64,000 bases of DNA from an uncultured Actinomycetes bacterium (GCA_963704725.1 OY969934.1:3072001-3136000), one strand, 5' to 3'. Positions 1 through 16,490 are shown, counted from the stretch's first letter. The notes: generated by a model not told the origin, from the sequence alone. Program-made: numbers and translations.

Positions 1-168
1 CCGGCACGCGCGCCACCTCAGACACGATCCCTCGTACTCGGGACACACTCAGTTGAGGCACTCAATGGGCATCGCAACTCAAGGGAATCGGTGGGTCATT
101 CCACACATCTCCCAGGCAACACATCTCCCAGGTGACCGCACCAACGGCCTTCACACGCGCCTCGTCGC

Positions 169-738
169 TCATACTCCTCGAGGAGCCTCATCGGAAACGT
201 CGACGCCGGCATCCTTGCGATCAGGAATGAGCAGTTCGCGGACAACAACAAGAAACTGGCGTGCTTCGCGGTACTTGGCGATTAGCTCGGCGAGAGTGTC
301 GGTGAGCGGGAACGACACGAAGTCCGAATGCACGAGCGTGTTCCGTGAGTTGCCGATATTCAGGAAGGCGACGGTCGCCTTTTCGAACACCTCATCGCGG
401 AGAGCACGATCCTTTGCTTGCTCCAGGAAGTCCTCTCCGAACAGACGGAAGAACTTGTTCGCGTTGTTGCGTTCCCAATCGAACATCGTGTGAAACTTGC
501 GCATCAAACCTTGATTCACGCAGAACTCAGCGATGATGGAGGACTCCGACAGCCTGAACGCGGCTTCGCGTATGAGTTCCGTTAGCTCCGACTCGAATCG
601 GCTGGCCGCAGCTAACAGAAGCGACTTCGACGCAACTTCAGACACTCGAAGTGCGAGAGACGGTTCTCCGACGAGGGTAAGGGCTTGCACCTGCCTATCG
701 AGCTGGTGGAAGAGTTCCTCGACTGGATCGGTGCTCAC
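169..738 (-). CDS. HEPN-domain protein (putative RNase effector)
   Basis: 189-aa helical ORF with Rx4H motif RNTLVH; directly downstream of a DUF262 gene; lower GC than the rest of the window. Confidence 0.75.
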   Translation of the reverse strand: MSTDPVEELFHQLDRQVQALTLVGEPSLALRVSEVASKSLLLAAASRFESELTELIREAAFRLSESSIIAEFCVNQGLMRKFHTMFDWERNNANKFFRLFGEDFLEQAKDRALRDEVFEKATVAFLNIGNSRNTLVHSDFVSFPLTDTLAELIAKYREARQFLVVVRELLIPDRKDAGVDVSDEAPRGV

Positions 739-804
739 GGATCCCGTGTCAGCGTCAGTTGCATCGTCATTCGCCGGCTCGGGCTCCTTCTCGAGTGTTG
801 GCCA

Positions 805-1985
805 TCAGACAAGATGCACAAGCGCACGACCACGAGCCAGGCGTCCGTTCACGTTCACAGTGTCATTCGTCTTCACCTCCGTGTGATCGCGATAGGCCTG
901 ATCATCGCGAAGCGCAAGAACTGATGCTGGGTCAATCGCGCGGGTGTCTAGCGGACCGCTGCGTGAGTGTACCGCTCCGTTGAAGACCGACTCGAAGAGC
1001 AGAACGCTGAAGCCCGAGCGAGTCCGAAAGACGGCGTTCGTGAGATCCCGCGCGGCTTTGAAGAACCAATCAAGGAGCGAGCGCAGCTCGTCGAGCTCCG
1101 CCTCGCCGTACGCCTTCGCCTGCTTGGAGTATCTGTTGAGGAAGGAGGTCATCGATGGGCGGTACGCGTCGCCAAGCTCGTGCAGTGCGACCGCTCTTAG
1201 GAGAATCTCGATGTCTCGCATATGAAGATCGGGGACGCCGCTCCCGACGAGAGCCCGCCAAGCCGTCCGCTGGTTCTGCTCAAACAGGAAATCGAAGAAC
1301 GGCGAGTGGTACATGCTCGCCCGAATCTCTTGGGGCCTGAGATTCATTCCGCCAGAGTTGAGTCGGCTGAACATCTCGTAGATCGACGAGTCATCATCAC
1401 GTGGGTGGAGTTGTCGGACAATCACGCTGCGTAGGGTCCTGAGATCGAAGGACGCACGATGATCGCCGAGCGTGCCGTAATTCAACCGATGGAACCGATT
1501 AGCGGCTCCATCGGGGAGTCGACCCAAGGAGAGGTTGAAGTTCTGGAACAACCCGTCGTCACTTAGTAGCTCGTCTGGAATGCGGCCATGTGCGTTGAAA
1601 ACGTTACGCAATTCCGTGCGCCACTCCTTCCTGGGGAACGTTGCCGCACGAAGAAGTAGATCGACATAAGCCGCTGTTGGCCGTCGATAACGAGGAAGCG
1701 GTTTCGATCCTCCTCATACAAGAACACTTGTGGGATGGGTAGGCCGATTATGAGGGACTCAATCAGTTTCGATGCGCGCTTCATGTCCCAAACAAAGTGA
1801 CGTTGAAAGCCGGGGATGATGATCGAGCCCTGCTCCATGAAGTTCGCGATGGTCACGACATTGAAGTCGTTTGGCGCCGACGCAATCTGGTACTCGTCGA
1901 TCTGGCCTTCGTTCTCGTCTTCAGGCGCACCCTCATCGACCGCGAGTTCGACGACTTCCTCGATATCTTCCACTTTGTCCGTCAC
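805..1985 (-). CDS. DUF262 (ParB-like/GmrSD N-terminal) protein with an apparent frameshift near 1600-1640
   Basis: PGFQRHFVW and DGQQRL in ORF 1563-1985 continue into FSRLNSGGMNL in ORF 805-1611. Confidence 0.85.
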
Positions 1986-2182
1986 GTCGACTCCTGAACT
2001 CGAAGGGCCGCTCTAGGTTGAGTAGAACGGACTGATTCGTCAAGACGCTCAGCCTCTCGGAGGCCACTGTAGTTAACCCACCTGGTCGATGGCCCATGCT
2101 CTGTGCCCAGCCCCCGGCGCGAGGACTTCGCGGCGTGGAAGATCGCGACACCTTGGGCAACTGGGAGGCATGTCCGGCGTGC

Positions 2183-2410
2183 TCACGCGGAATCGGCCCC
2201 CCGTGAACTCATCGACAACGTTGGCGAGCTTGAGCATGCGTTCGTCCGAGGTCGCGTCGAACTGGACGTCGATCGCCCAAACCTCGATCGGACGTTCCGC
2301 TCGCCTCCCTGTTCGCCCCCAGGCGGGCGGCGGCGCTCGCGGTGTCCGGGTGCACCTTCAGGGCCCATCACGCCAGATGCACGCCACCTCTTGCGTTTGA
2401 TCATCCATCC
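2183..2410 (-). mobile_element. IS3-family transposase (rve integrase core) remnant
   Basis: Minus strand reads EVWAIDVQFDATSDERMLKLANVVDEFTG, preceded by a frameshifted KR..RIWR.GLKV-like segment; no complete ORF or terminal IRs seen. Confidence 0.7.
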
Positions 2411-2462
2411 CTCCCGTGCCACGCTACCCGTGCGCCGGTCCGTGCGGCCGTAGACTCACGAC

Positions 2463-3087
2463 GTGGAGCTGGTGAGGTCGAAGCAGCGGGTGGCCGACCA
2501 CGGGGAGGTGTTCACCCCGGCGTGGATGGTCGAGGCGATGCTCGATCTGGTCAAGGAGGAGACCGAGCGAATCGACTCCCGCTTCCTGGAGCCGGCCTGC
2601 GGGAGCTGGCAACTTCCTGGTCCAGGTGCTTGCGGCGCAAGCTCGCCGCCGTCGAGCTGAAGTTCGGCAAGATCCGACTTCGAGAGGCGCCACTACGCCC
2701 TGCTCGGCCTCATGTGCATCTACGGCATCGAACTGCTGGCCGACAACATCGCCGAGTGCCGCGACAACCTCTTGGAGATCTTCGCCGACTACCTCGAACC
2801 TCGACGAGTCCGACGACCTCTACAGGGCGGCCGCGTACGTGCTGTCGCAGAACCTCATCCACGGTGACGCGCTCACCATGCGGACCAGTCTCGGTCAGCC
2901 GATCGTCTTCGCCGAGTGGGGCTACCTGGGCAAGGGCAAGTTCCAGCGGCGCGACTTCCGCCTCGACGTCCTCACCCAGGCTGTCGGCCTTCAGCGAGGA
3001 AGGCACACTCTTCGCCGAGCTCGGCAAGCACGAGATCTTCACCCCGACACGGACCTACCCGCCGCTGACGGTGAGGGAGCTGGCCGC

Positions 3088-3091
<4 letters not shown>
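2463..3091 (+). CDS. Small N6-adenine DNA methyltransferase-like subunit (several frameshifts)
   Basis: SKQRVADHGEVFTP and SAM-binding FLEPACGxGNF; later YGIELL and NLIHGDAL segments in shifting frames. Confidence 0.75.
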
Positions 3092-7341
<4,250 letters not shown>

Positions 7342-7499
7342 TCCGGGGGACGGGGGAGCGACGTTTTCTCCAGTCACCCACCACTCCTTGAGTGCTTCCG
7401 CGGAGAGCCCCTCGTCCTTCAAGATCGCCTAAGTGCAAGGCGACACCCCACCGCCTGGGAGCCCAATGACGAGCGGAGTGGCGCCTGCGTGCTAAATTA

Positions 7500-8826
<1,327 letters not shown>

Positions 8827-8913
8827 TAATCATCCCCTGGCCTTCGGCGCCCGTTGCGAGAGGAATGTCGGCACTGCTGCGTGCCGTGGCGTCATTGCGC
8901 AAGGAGGCCCCTC

Positions 8914-9983
8914 ATGGAGTCACCGCTCGCTTCGAGCACCAGCTGCTCGCCGTCGAGACCGAGCATCGGGTCCACTGCATGCTCGAGCTCGTCGCTCCCC
9001 GGCCCCGAGGCCGCGTCCGTCCGCCGCTCCACCTCGCCCTCGTGCTCGACCGGTCCGGGTCGATGGCCGGGCGCAAGCTCGAGGTCGTCCGCGAGTGCGC
9101 CTCGTTCCTGGTGCGGCGGCTCGCGCCGACGGACGAGCTCGCGATCGTGGCCTACGACACAGACGTCCGGCTCGTGTCGCCGCTCGCGCCCGTCGACCGG
9201 CGGCGCTCCTCCCGCGCATCGCGGCGATCCACTCCGGCGGCCAGACCAACCTGTCCGGCGGCTGGCTCAAGGGGCTCGAGGAGCTCGGGCGGGCCTCCGG
9301 CGCGGGGCCGCGCAAGGTCCTGCTCCTCACCGACGGCCTCGCCAACGTCGGCGTGGCCGACCCGCCGTGCTCGTCTCGATGACGCCGGAACGCCGTCGAG
9401 CGGAGCGACGTGGGCACGACGACGATCGGCTTCGGCGACGACTTCGACGAGGACCTGCTGACCGCGATGGCGGACGCCGGCCGCGGCAACGCCCACTACG
9501 CGCCGACGCCGGAGGCCGCGCCCGCCATCTTCGCCCGGGAGTTCGAGGACCTGGTGAGCCTGGTCGCCCAGAACGTGAGCGTCGAGATCCGGCCGACGCA
9601 CGAGGTGCAGGTGCTCGGCGTGCTGAACGAGTTCCCCGTCGTCGCCGTCCCGGGCGGGGTCCAGGTCGACCTCGGCGACGCCTACGGCGACGAGACCCGG
9701 CGCGTCGTGTTCGAGCTCCACGTGCCGTCGCTGGCCTCGCTCGGCGTCCGGACCGTGGCCGACGTCGTCCTGCGATACACGGCCATCGGCGACGAGATCG
9801 CCGCATCACGAGGTGACGATCCCGCTCGTCGTGAACCTCGTGAGCGCCGACGAGGCCGCGGCGGCGGCTGCGGACGCCGAGGTCACCGAGGAGGTCGTGA
9901 TCCTGCGGTCGGCCCGGGCGCAGGAGCAGGCCCGCGAGCACGCCGATCGCGGCGAGTTCGAGCAGGCCCGCAAGCTCCTGTGA
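8914..9983 (+). pseudogene. vWA-domain protein (YfbK-like), frameshifted and 3'-truncated copy 1
   Basis: AAGGAGG SD then ATG; MIDAS motifs LVLDRSGSM, TNLSGG, LLLTDGLAN; breaks off at ARKLL where copy 2 continues. Confidence 0.8.
9332..9981 (+). repeat. ~650-bp imperfect direct repeat, copy A (partner 15608-16255)
   Basis: Near-identical to 15608-16255 with scattered substitutions. Confidence 0.95.
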
Positions 9984-9985
9984 AG

Positions 9986-10005
9986 TGTCGGACCCGGGTT
10001 AGGGT
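9986..10005 (+). promoter_or_regulatory. Degenerate RecA-NDp/PafBC-type promoter at the vWA breakpoint
   Basis: TGTCGGAC-N6-TAGGGT; spacer 2 nt shorter than consensus in an indel-rich region. Confidence 0.4.
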
Positions 10006-10009
10006 GGAC

Positions 10010-10450
10010 GTGAGTAACGTATGGTGGGGCTTGCGTTGATCGGCGCGAGCGTTGCAGCAGCAGTTGAGGAAGATCGACGCATTGGACACGAAGACCGGCG
10101 TCTGCTGGCGATCGACGGCGTGCTGGCGGGACTGCTCTTCGGGCGCGAGCCCAGCCTCCGGGCGCTGCGCGGGCTGACGCGACTGCGCGTGGCCTGGTGT
10201 GTACTCGCTCTCAGCTCATCGCGTTGCGAACGGAGGTACGACACAGCGCCGTCGCGTGGCGGTGCGATTATGAGCAGGATCCGGAGTGGTTGCGCTGGCG
10301 GTTCTCGGGGAATGTGCTCGCTGCATCGAGGTGAACGACCGGAAGCTGACGTGGAAGGCGCGTCTGCTGACATCCGCGCTCTCAGCCTCATTGTCTCCGT
10401 GACGCTGCTGGGCGGTCTTCATCTACGACCTGGCCATGGGAGCCGGGTGA
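10010..10450 (+). pseudogene. Small multi-TM protein resembling Pycsar-effector/DUF5706-like membrane proteins (frameshifted)
   Basis: QQQLRKIDALDTKTG followed by hydrophobic LAIDGVLAGLLF; C-terminal IEVNDRKLTWKARLL and a hydrophobic tail. Confidence 0.45.
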
Positions 10451-10797
10451 TGGCGAAGGGCCCTTCCCTGACGGACCGAGCGGAGTCGACCACACTGATC
10501 CCCCACCCGTGCCTGGTGGTACGGATCACCTGGAGAGCCTCGGGTCCCTGGTCGATGGCGCCCTCGGCGACCGCAGGATCCGCCGAGCCGTCGAGGCTGA
10601 AATGACCTCCCTGGCGCTCGCAGGACCCAACGGGCGACCGACCCCGAGCCCGTACAGCCTCCTCCGCCGGTCCCGGGAGGCACGGATCCGAATCTCGCGG
10701 AGGACGACCCAAGCCTCCCGGGTAGAGCGCACCGAGGCCCCTTGTGCTGCCCTGGTGCCCGGTCAAAGGGGCTCTCCACGCGACGTGAGCAGGAACC

Positions 10798-10832
10798 TGT
10801 ATGGCAACTAAGTTGTATGGCATACTACTTGC
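10798..10832 (+). promoter_or_regulatory. Leaderless promoter with direct-repeat operator upstream of the ATPase
   Basis: TGTATGGCA twice (10798, 10814); CATACT -10 six nt before the ATG at 10833. Confidence 0.5.
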
Positions 10833-12210
10833 ATGGCTGACGACTTCCTCGACCGATCCGACGAGCTGAGGAGTCTCGAGCGAGCATGGCAGGACCCCGG
10901 ATCCCTGCTCGCGCTCGTGTGGGGCCGGCGCCGGACCGGCAAGACGAAGCTCCTCGGCCGGTTCGTCGAGGGCAAGCGGGGCGTCTACTACGGGGCTACG
11001 GAGCAGTCGTCGGATGCCGAGCTCAGAGCGTTCTCGGAGGCGGTCCGGTCGCCCTTCAGCCCGCCGGAGCCGCCTCCTCGGCCACGGTGATTTCCCCTCG
11101 TGGGAGGTCGCCCTCTCCTACCTCGCCTCGAAGGCCGGACGGGAGCGGCTCGTCGTGGTCCTGGACGAGTTCCCCTACCTGGTCGACGCGGAGCCGGCGC
11201 TGCCCTCGGTCGTGCAGCGGTTCTGGGACCAGCAGGGGAGGGTCTCGAAGCTGCACCTGATCCTGTGCGGGTCGGCGCAGGCGGTGATGGAGGAGCTCCA
11301 GTCGAGCGGGGCCCCGCTGTTCGGCCGGGTGGACCTTCGTCTCCAGCTCCGGCCCTTCGGCTACCGGGAGGCCGCGCTCTTCACGCCGCGGCTTGCCCCC
11401 TCCGAGCAGGTGATCTGCTACGCCGTCCTGGGCGGGATGCCCACCTACCTCCAGCGCTGGAACGACGGCGTGGGTCACGAGGCCAACTTGCGCAGGCTCT
11501 TCGCGGATCCGACCTCGCCGCTCGTCGAGGAGGGCGAGTTCGTGCTCTCGAGCGAGCTTCCCGAAGGATCGGGCTACTTCCGGATCCTGCTCGCGATCGC
11601 GGCCGGCAACCGAACCTACGGAACGATCAAGCGATTCGCCGACATCGACATCCAGCGACAGCTCGACCGGCTCCTGTCGATCGGCCTCATCGAGCGGCAG
11701 GTCCCCGTGACCGCCGATCCGTCGCGGACCAAGCAGGTCGTGTACCGGATCGCCGACAACTTCCTCGCGTTCTGGTTCCGGTTCGTGTACCGGCACCGGG
11801 CCGACATCGCGCGCGGGCTCGGCTCCGAGATCGTCCGGCGTGTCATCCTGCCGGGCCTCGGCGACTACCTCGGCGAGCCGTGGGAGGAGCTCTGTCGCGA
11901 GCACGTCCGCCGACTCGCGGCGACGGGCGACCTGCCGACGTCGGTCTCGAGCGTGGGCCGCTGGTGGTCGACCGACGGTTCGACGGAGATCGACATCGTT
12001 GGCCTGAATGGGAAGACCGTCGTGCTGGCCGGGTCGGTGAAGTGGTCCCGCTCGGTCGGGCGTGCCGAGCTCGATCGCCTCCGTCGATCGGTCGAGGTCC
12101 TCCCCAACCGAGCGCCCAACGTGACGCTGGCGCTCTTCGCTAGGGAGCAGGTGCGGGACGTGGATCCTCGCGACGCCCTCGCGTTCACGGCGGCCGACCT
12201 CTATCGCTAA
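10833..12210 (+). CDS. Archaeal-type AAA ATPase with wHTH and C-terminal DUF234 PD-(D/E)xK domain (frameshift near 11050-11090)
   Basis: FLDRSDEL, Walker A WGRRRTGKT, Walker B LDEFPY, GGMPTYL, YRIADNFLAFWFRF, EIDIV..GSVKW. Confidence 0.85.
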
Positions 12211-12356
12211 CCCTGGCCACGCGCGGACGCTGGACCGCACGTCGGCCTGCATGAGCGGGCTCGTCTTCGACCCGCTCCACCGCGCGGCGGTGCCAGTGCG
12301 GTCGTCTTGGCTTCAAAGTGAACGTCGAGCCCGGCCTGGGCGGCGGCCACCGGGCA

Positions 12357-12378
12357 TGTCAGTATCAGCCCATAGCGT
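12357..12378 (+). promoter_or_regulatory. RecA-NDp/PafBC-type promoter (leaderless)
   Basis: TGTCAGTA-N8-TAGCGT, then 6 nt to the ATG at 12385. Confidence 0.65.
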
Positions 12379-12384
12379 GCCCGC

Positions 12385-13356
12385 ATGGAGGCGAGGGTCG
12401 TGCAGGAAGCCAGCGAGCCAGGCCGATTCGAGCTTCGGATCGAGGGCGAGACGATCCTGCCCGGCAAGCTCTCTGTCAGAGACCTTGCCAAGCTCGGACC
12501 GATCCTCCAGGGAGCCCTGGAACGGACGGCACGCGTGCTTCGGAACGAGCCCGGACAGGCCCCAGGACCGGTTCCTCGGGAGATCCACGACACCACGAAC
12601 CTCCTTCTCGTCGGCATCGAGGCCGGGAGCGCCCAACTGCTTCTGGAGCTTCCGGTTCCGGACGAGCTCGAGGCCACCGAGGGCCTCTTTCCCCTTCCGC
12701 CCCGCGATCTCGGCCTTCGAGCCATGGACACGTTCGTTCGAGGGATCCACGAGCTCGAACTGGGCAGGGCCGGCGTGCCCGACGGATGGGACAACGCGGT
12801 CATGGAGGTGGCAGAGGATCTCGCCGATTTCGCCAGGGAACGGCAAGTCGTCATCGAGCTCACCTCCAAGACACTCGGCAGACCGCCGCGCACGGCGCGG
12901 ATCTCCCCCCCGATCGCCGATCGATTCCGCGTGCGCCACACCCCCATCAGGCAGCCACGGACGTCGCGCGGACGGCTCTTCCTCGTCGACCTGAAGGCCG
13001 GGAGGATCGACGTCGAGGACGAGCGGGGGGCGCGGGTGCAGTGCCAGTTCCCCGAGCGGCTGGAGGCGCAGGTGAAGCGCCTGGTCGGCGAGATGGTGGT
13101 CGTCTCCGGCCAGGAGGAGTTCGACGTCGCCGTTGGCAGACACGGCAGGCTCGAGGTGACGCATCTCGCCTCAGCCACCGAGGAGGTACCCCTGCCCAGT
13201 GACTTCTGGGAGAACAGGACCGCGGCCGAGCAAGCCGGGGAGCAGGGTGTCACCCCGATCGTGTCGATCGGCGATTTCGCCACCGGCGACGTCTTCGACG
13301 AGGCGGAGCTCGAGCGCTTCATCGAAACGATCCGCGAGGGTCGGAGGGAAGAATAG
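12385..13356 (+). CDS. Hypothetical 323-aa protein, putative large antitoxin of the downstream PIN toxin
   Basis: Clean ORF; acidic amphipathic C-tail EQGVTPIVSIGDF..FDEAELERFIETIREGRR; abuts the PIN gene. Confidence 0.7.
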   Translation: MEARVVQEASEPGRFELRIEGETILPGKLSVRDLAKLGPILQGALERTARVLRNEPGQAPGPVPREIHDTTNLLLVGIEAGSAQLLLELPVPDELEATEGLFPLPPRDLGLRAMDTFVRGIHELELGRAGVPDGWDNAVMEVAEDLADFARERQVVIELTSKTLGRPPRTARISPPIADRFRVRHTPIRQPRTSRGRLFLVDLKAGRIDVEDERGARVQCQFPERLEAQVKRLVGEMVVVSGQEEFDVAVGRHGRLEVTHLASATEEVPLPSDFWENRTAAEQAGEQGVTPIVSIGDFATGDVFDEAELERFIETIREGRREE

Positions 13357-13790
13357 GCGAGACGGCGGCGCCCACGATCCTGGTAGACACGAACATCGTG
13401 AGCTACCTCATGAGTGGCGGAGAGCTGGGTCAGCTCTGTGCTCGCCACCTCGAAGGCCGGATCGCGGCCATCTCCTTTCAGAGTGTCGGCGAGCTGTGGC
13501 ACGGCGCCATCAAGAACGGCTGGGGAGACCGCAAGGCCCAAGCGCTCGACGCGGCGATCCGAAGGTTCGTGGTCCTCGGCTTCGATGAGGCCACGGTTCG
13601 CTCGTGGGCCGAGCTCAAGGCACGTGCGGAGGCGAAGGGTGAGCCGAAGAGCACCGCCGACCTGTGGGTCGCCGCGACGGCACGGCGACACGACCTGCCG
13701 CTCCTCACGAATGACCGAGGATTCCTCACCGCGCTCGACATCACCGTCGTGAGGCCTGAGGATTCGCCGGGCTCGGACAGCCCGCCATGA
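13353..13790 (+). CDS. vapC: PIN-domain (VapC-like) toxin
   Basis: ILVDTNIVS, SVGEL, ADLWVAATA, LLTNDRGF; first catalytic Asp lies upstream of the first GTG/ATG, so the start is uncertain. Confidence 0.85.
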   Translation: MGETAAPTILVDTNIVSYLMSGGELGQLCARHLEGRIAAISFQSVGELWHGAIKNGWGDRKAQALDAAIRRFVVLGFDEATVRSWAELKARAEAKGEPKSTADLWVAATARRHDLPLLTNDRGFLTALDITVVRPEDSPGSDSPP

Positions 13791-13935
13791 CGATGGAGCG
13801 CAAGCGTCCTCCGGAGGTTCGAGAGCGGATCGAGGCCAACCGGCCGCCCCAAGCCGTGCGACAAGATGGAAGAAGTTCCTACAGGGCCGCCGGACCGATC
13901 GGGCGCCAACGCGCGAGGTCCACCTGCAGCTGCCG

Positions 13936-14649
13936 CTACGTCGGGAAGTGAATCGCGACCGGCTGACCGTTCAACCCGGTCTCGGGCGGATCCGGAAACG
14001 ACCCGAACCTGCTCGTGGAAACCGCCCATGCACTCCAGGCCATCGCCGCCGCGTCCATCACGTCGTCCGCGTTCGCTTCGCCGGCCGAGACGAGGAGATC
14101 CGGTAGCTCGATCCCGATCGCCTGGAGGGCCGTCCGGCGCTTGTGGAGCCCGTTCCAGCTCTTCTTCCTGGACGACGTGGGACCCGTTGCCGGGTCGCTC
14201 CACGAACCCAGCTTGCGGAAGGTCACCTCGGGATGCCCCTCGAGGATGCGCGGCTCGGAGCTCGCGAGGGCGCGCACCTCCATGATCTTTGGCGCAAGCG
14301 CGAACGCCTGTCGTGAGATGCCGACTCCGCAGGTGGCCCTCATGAGGCTCACCGCCTCCCCGTACGAAGGAGTGTCGAGGACCGCGGCGGGCGGCGCCGG
14401 GAAGACGCTCGACGATGCGCGCCAGCTCTGCAGGAACGCGCGCGCTTGGCGATCCGCCATCCTCGGATACGCCACGTCCCCGTCGCCGGGAAGCCCGATC
14501 GGGATGTCGATCACGATCCGCGGAGCCTCTGACCAGCGCTCCAGCGCCGCCGCTGCCGTGGAGAGAAGGACCGCCTCCAGGAGTTCGCCGTCCTGCAGGG
14601 CGACCCCCACCCAGCCGTCCCTGCATGCGTCGAGCCCGGCGACCAGCAT
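13936..14649 (-). CDS. DUF429 family protein (predicted RNase H-like nuclease)
   Basis: VAGLDAC..GWV, IDIPIGL, EGHPEV, DDVMDAAA. Confidence 0.85.
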   Translation of the reverse strand: MLVAGLDACRDGWVGVALQDGELLEAVLLSTAAAALERWSEAPRIVIDIPIGLPGDGDVAYPRMADRQARAFLQSWRASSSVFPAPPAAVLDTPSYGEAVSLMRATCGVGISRQAFALAPKIMEVRALASSEPRILEGHPEVTFRKLGSWSDPATGPTSSRKKSWNGLHKRRTALQAIGIELPDLLVSAGEANADDVMDAAAMAWSAWAVSTSRFGSFPDPPETGLNGQPVAIHFPT

Positions 14650-14745
14650 CGTCGAGCGATCCTAGCTCCCGTTCACCGTGTGGCCGCCCCGATCGTCAAT
14701 CGAGGCTCTCTTCTTGCCGATACCCATCGCACGGAGGCGGGCAGC

Positions 14746-15609
14746 GTGCCAAAGGCCAGGAAGACGGACTGGTATGACGACCTGACGGCCATCTTCTCCG
14801 TAACCCCTGTCTGGCTCCCGCTGCTCCTCGCAATCACCTCCTGGCTCGTTGTTCCTATTCTCGGAGACCGGCTGCCAGGCGGTGACGAGTGGGCCGACGT
14901 GTGGACGATCGGCACCCGCCTGGGATCGGTGCTCTTCATCGTCGCGGGGATCGCCGGCCAAGTGCAGAAGCTGCGTCGTCGGAGGCTGATCGCCCGGGCC
15001 CATTCGATGGACGGCCTGCGAGCGCTCTCGTGGAGAGGGTTCGAGGAGCTGTGCGCGGAGGCGTACCGACGCAAAGGCCATGCCGTCACGGAAACGGCCC
15101 GAGGGGCGGACGGTGGAGTAGACCTCGTGCTCGGCCGCGGTTCTGACCGAGTCTTCGTCCAATGCAAGCATTACGCCGATCGCTCCGTCGGCGTGAGACC
15201 CGTGCGCGAGCTCTATGGCGTGATGGCCGCGGAGGGGGCGCGAGCCGGCATCGTGATCACTTCAGGGTCCTTCACCCACCAAGCGATGGACTTCGCGCGC
15301 GGCAAGCCGCTGACTCTGGTCGATGGACGGAAGACCCTCGAACTCGTCGAGGGCGTAAGCCCGTCCAGAGTCGACACTGACACTGATCGCGCGTTCGATC
15401 CGCATCCACCCGCGCCCGTCCTGCTGCCGCCGCCGCCTCAACCCTTCGAAACGGGCGCAGCGGGCCGGCCTCGACCCACGGCCTCGGGAGATCGCTGCAA
15501 GTGCGGAGGGACTGTCGTCGATCGGAAACGAGGTTCGGACGGAGCCCCATTCCTGGGATGCTCGCGGTTCCCGGCCTGTCGACGCATGTGGGCCCATCCG
15601 GCTCGCTGA
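14746..15609 (+). CDS. Membrane-anchored Mrr-like restriction endonuclease with C-terminal topoisomerase-type C4 zinc ribbon
   Basis: Two N-terminal TM segments; SWRGFEEL, DGGVDL, VQCKHY; CKCGG..FLGCSRFPACR. Confidence 0.88.
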   Translation: MPKARKTDWYDDLTAIFSVTPVWLPLLLAITSWLVVPILGDRLPGGDEWADVWTIGTRLGSVLFIVAGIAGQVQKLRRRRLIARAHSMDGLRALSWRGFEELCAEAYRRKGHAVTETARGADGGVDLVLGRGSDRVFVQCKHYADRSVGVRPVRELYGVMAAEGARAGIVITSGSFTHQAMDFARGKPLTLVDGRKTLELVEGVSPSRVDTDTDRAFDPHPPAPVLLPPPPQPFETGAAGRPRPTASGDRCKCGGTVVDRKRGSDGAPFLGCSRFPACRRMWAHPAR

Positions 15610-16446
15610 CGGCCTCGCGAACGTCGGCGTGGCCGACCCGCCGTGCTCGTCTCGATGACTCGGAACGCCGTCGAGCAGAGCGACGTGGGCACGACGACGA
15701 TCGGGTTCGGCGACGACTTCGACGAGGACCTGCTGACGGCCATGGCGGACGCCGGCCGCGGCAACGCCCACTACGCGCCGACGCCGGAGGCCGCTCCCGC
15801 CATCTTCGCCCGGGAGTTCGAGGACCTGGTGAGCCTGGTCGCCCAGAACGTGAGCGTCGAGATCCGGCCGACGCACGAGGTGCAGGTGCTCGGCGTGCTG
15901 AACGCGTTCCCCGTCGTCCCCGTCTCGGGCGGGCTCCAGGTCGACCTCGGCGACGCCTACGCCGACGAGACCCGGCGCGTCGTGTTCGAGCTCCACGTGC
16001 CGTCGCTGGCCTCGCTCGGCGTCCGGACCGTGGCCGACGTCGTCCTGCGACACACAGCCATCGGCGACGAGATCGCCCACCACGAGGTGACGATCCCGCT
16101 CGTCGTGAACCTCGTGAGCGCCGACGAGGCCGCGGCGGCGACTGCGGACGCCGAGCTCACCGAGGAGGTCGTGATCCTGCGGTCGGCCCGGGCGCAGGAG
16201 CAGGCCCGCGAGCACGCCGATCGCGGCGAGCTCGAGCAGGCCCGCAAGCTCCTGTCGGAGGCCGCGGACGAGCTCCGACGGATCGCGCCTGCCTCGGCCA
16301 AGGCGGACGAGCTCCTCGAGCAGGCCGAGACGCTCGACGTCAACGTCGCTTCCATGAGCGAGCCCGCCTACGACCCGAGCACGCGGAAGACGATGCGCTT
16401 CCAGTCGCGCTCGAGGAGCCAGGGGCGGAAGCGACCCGAGGCGTGA
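15608..16446 (+). pseudogene. vWA protein 3' half (copy 2, 5'-truncated, complete C-terminus)
   Basis: Direct repeat of 9332-9981 that continues to a natural stop (RKRPEA*). Confidence 0.85.
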
Positions 16447-16490
16447 CCACCTCCTTCGAGTCCGTTCGGACAGGACACCCTCGGCGACGG

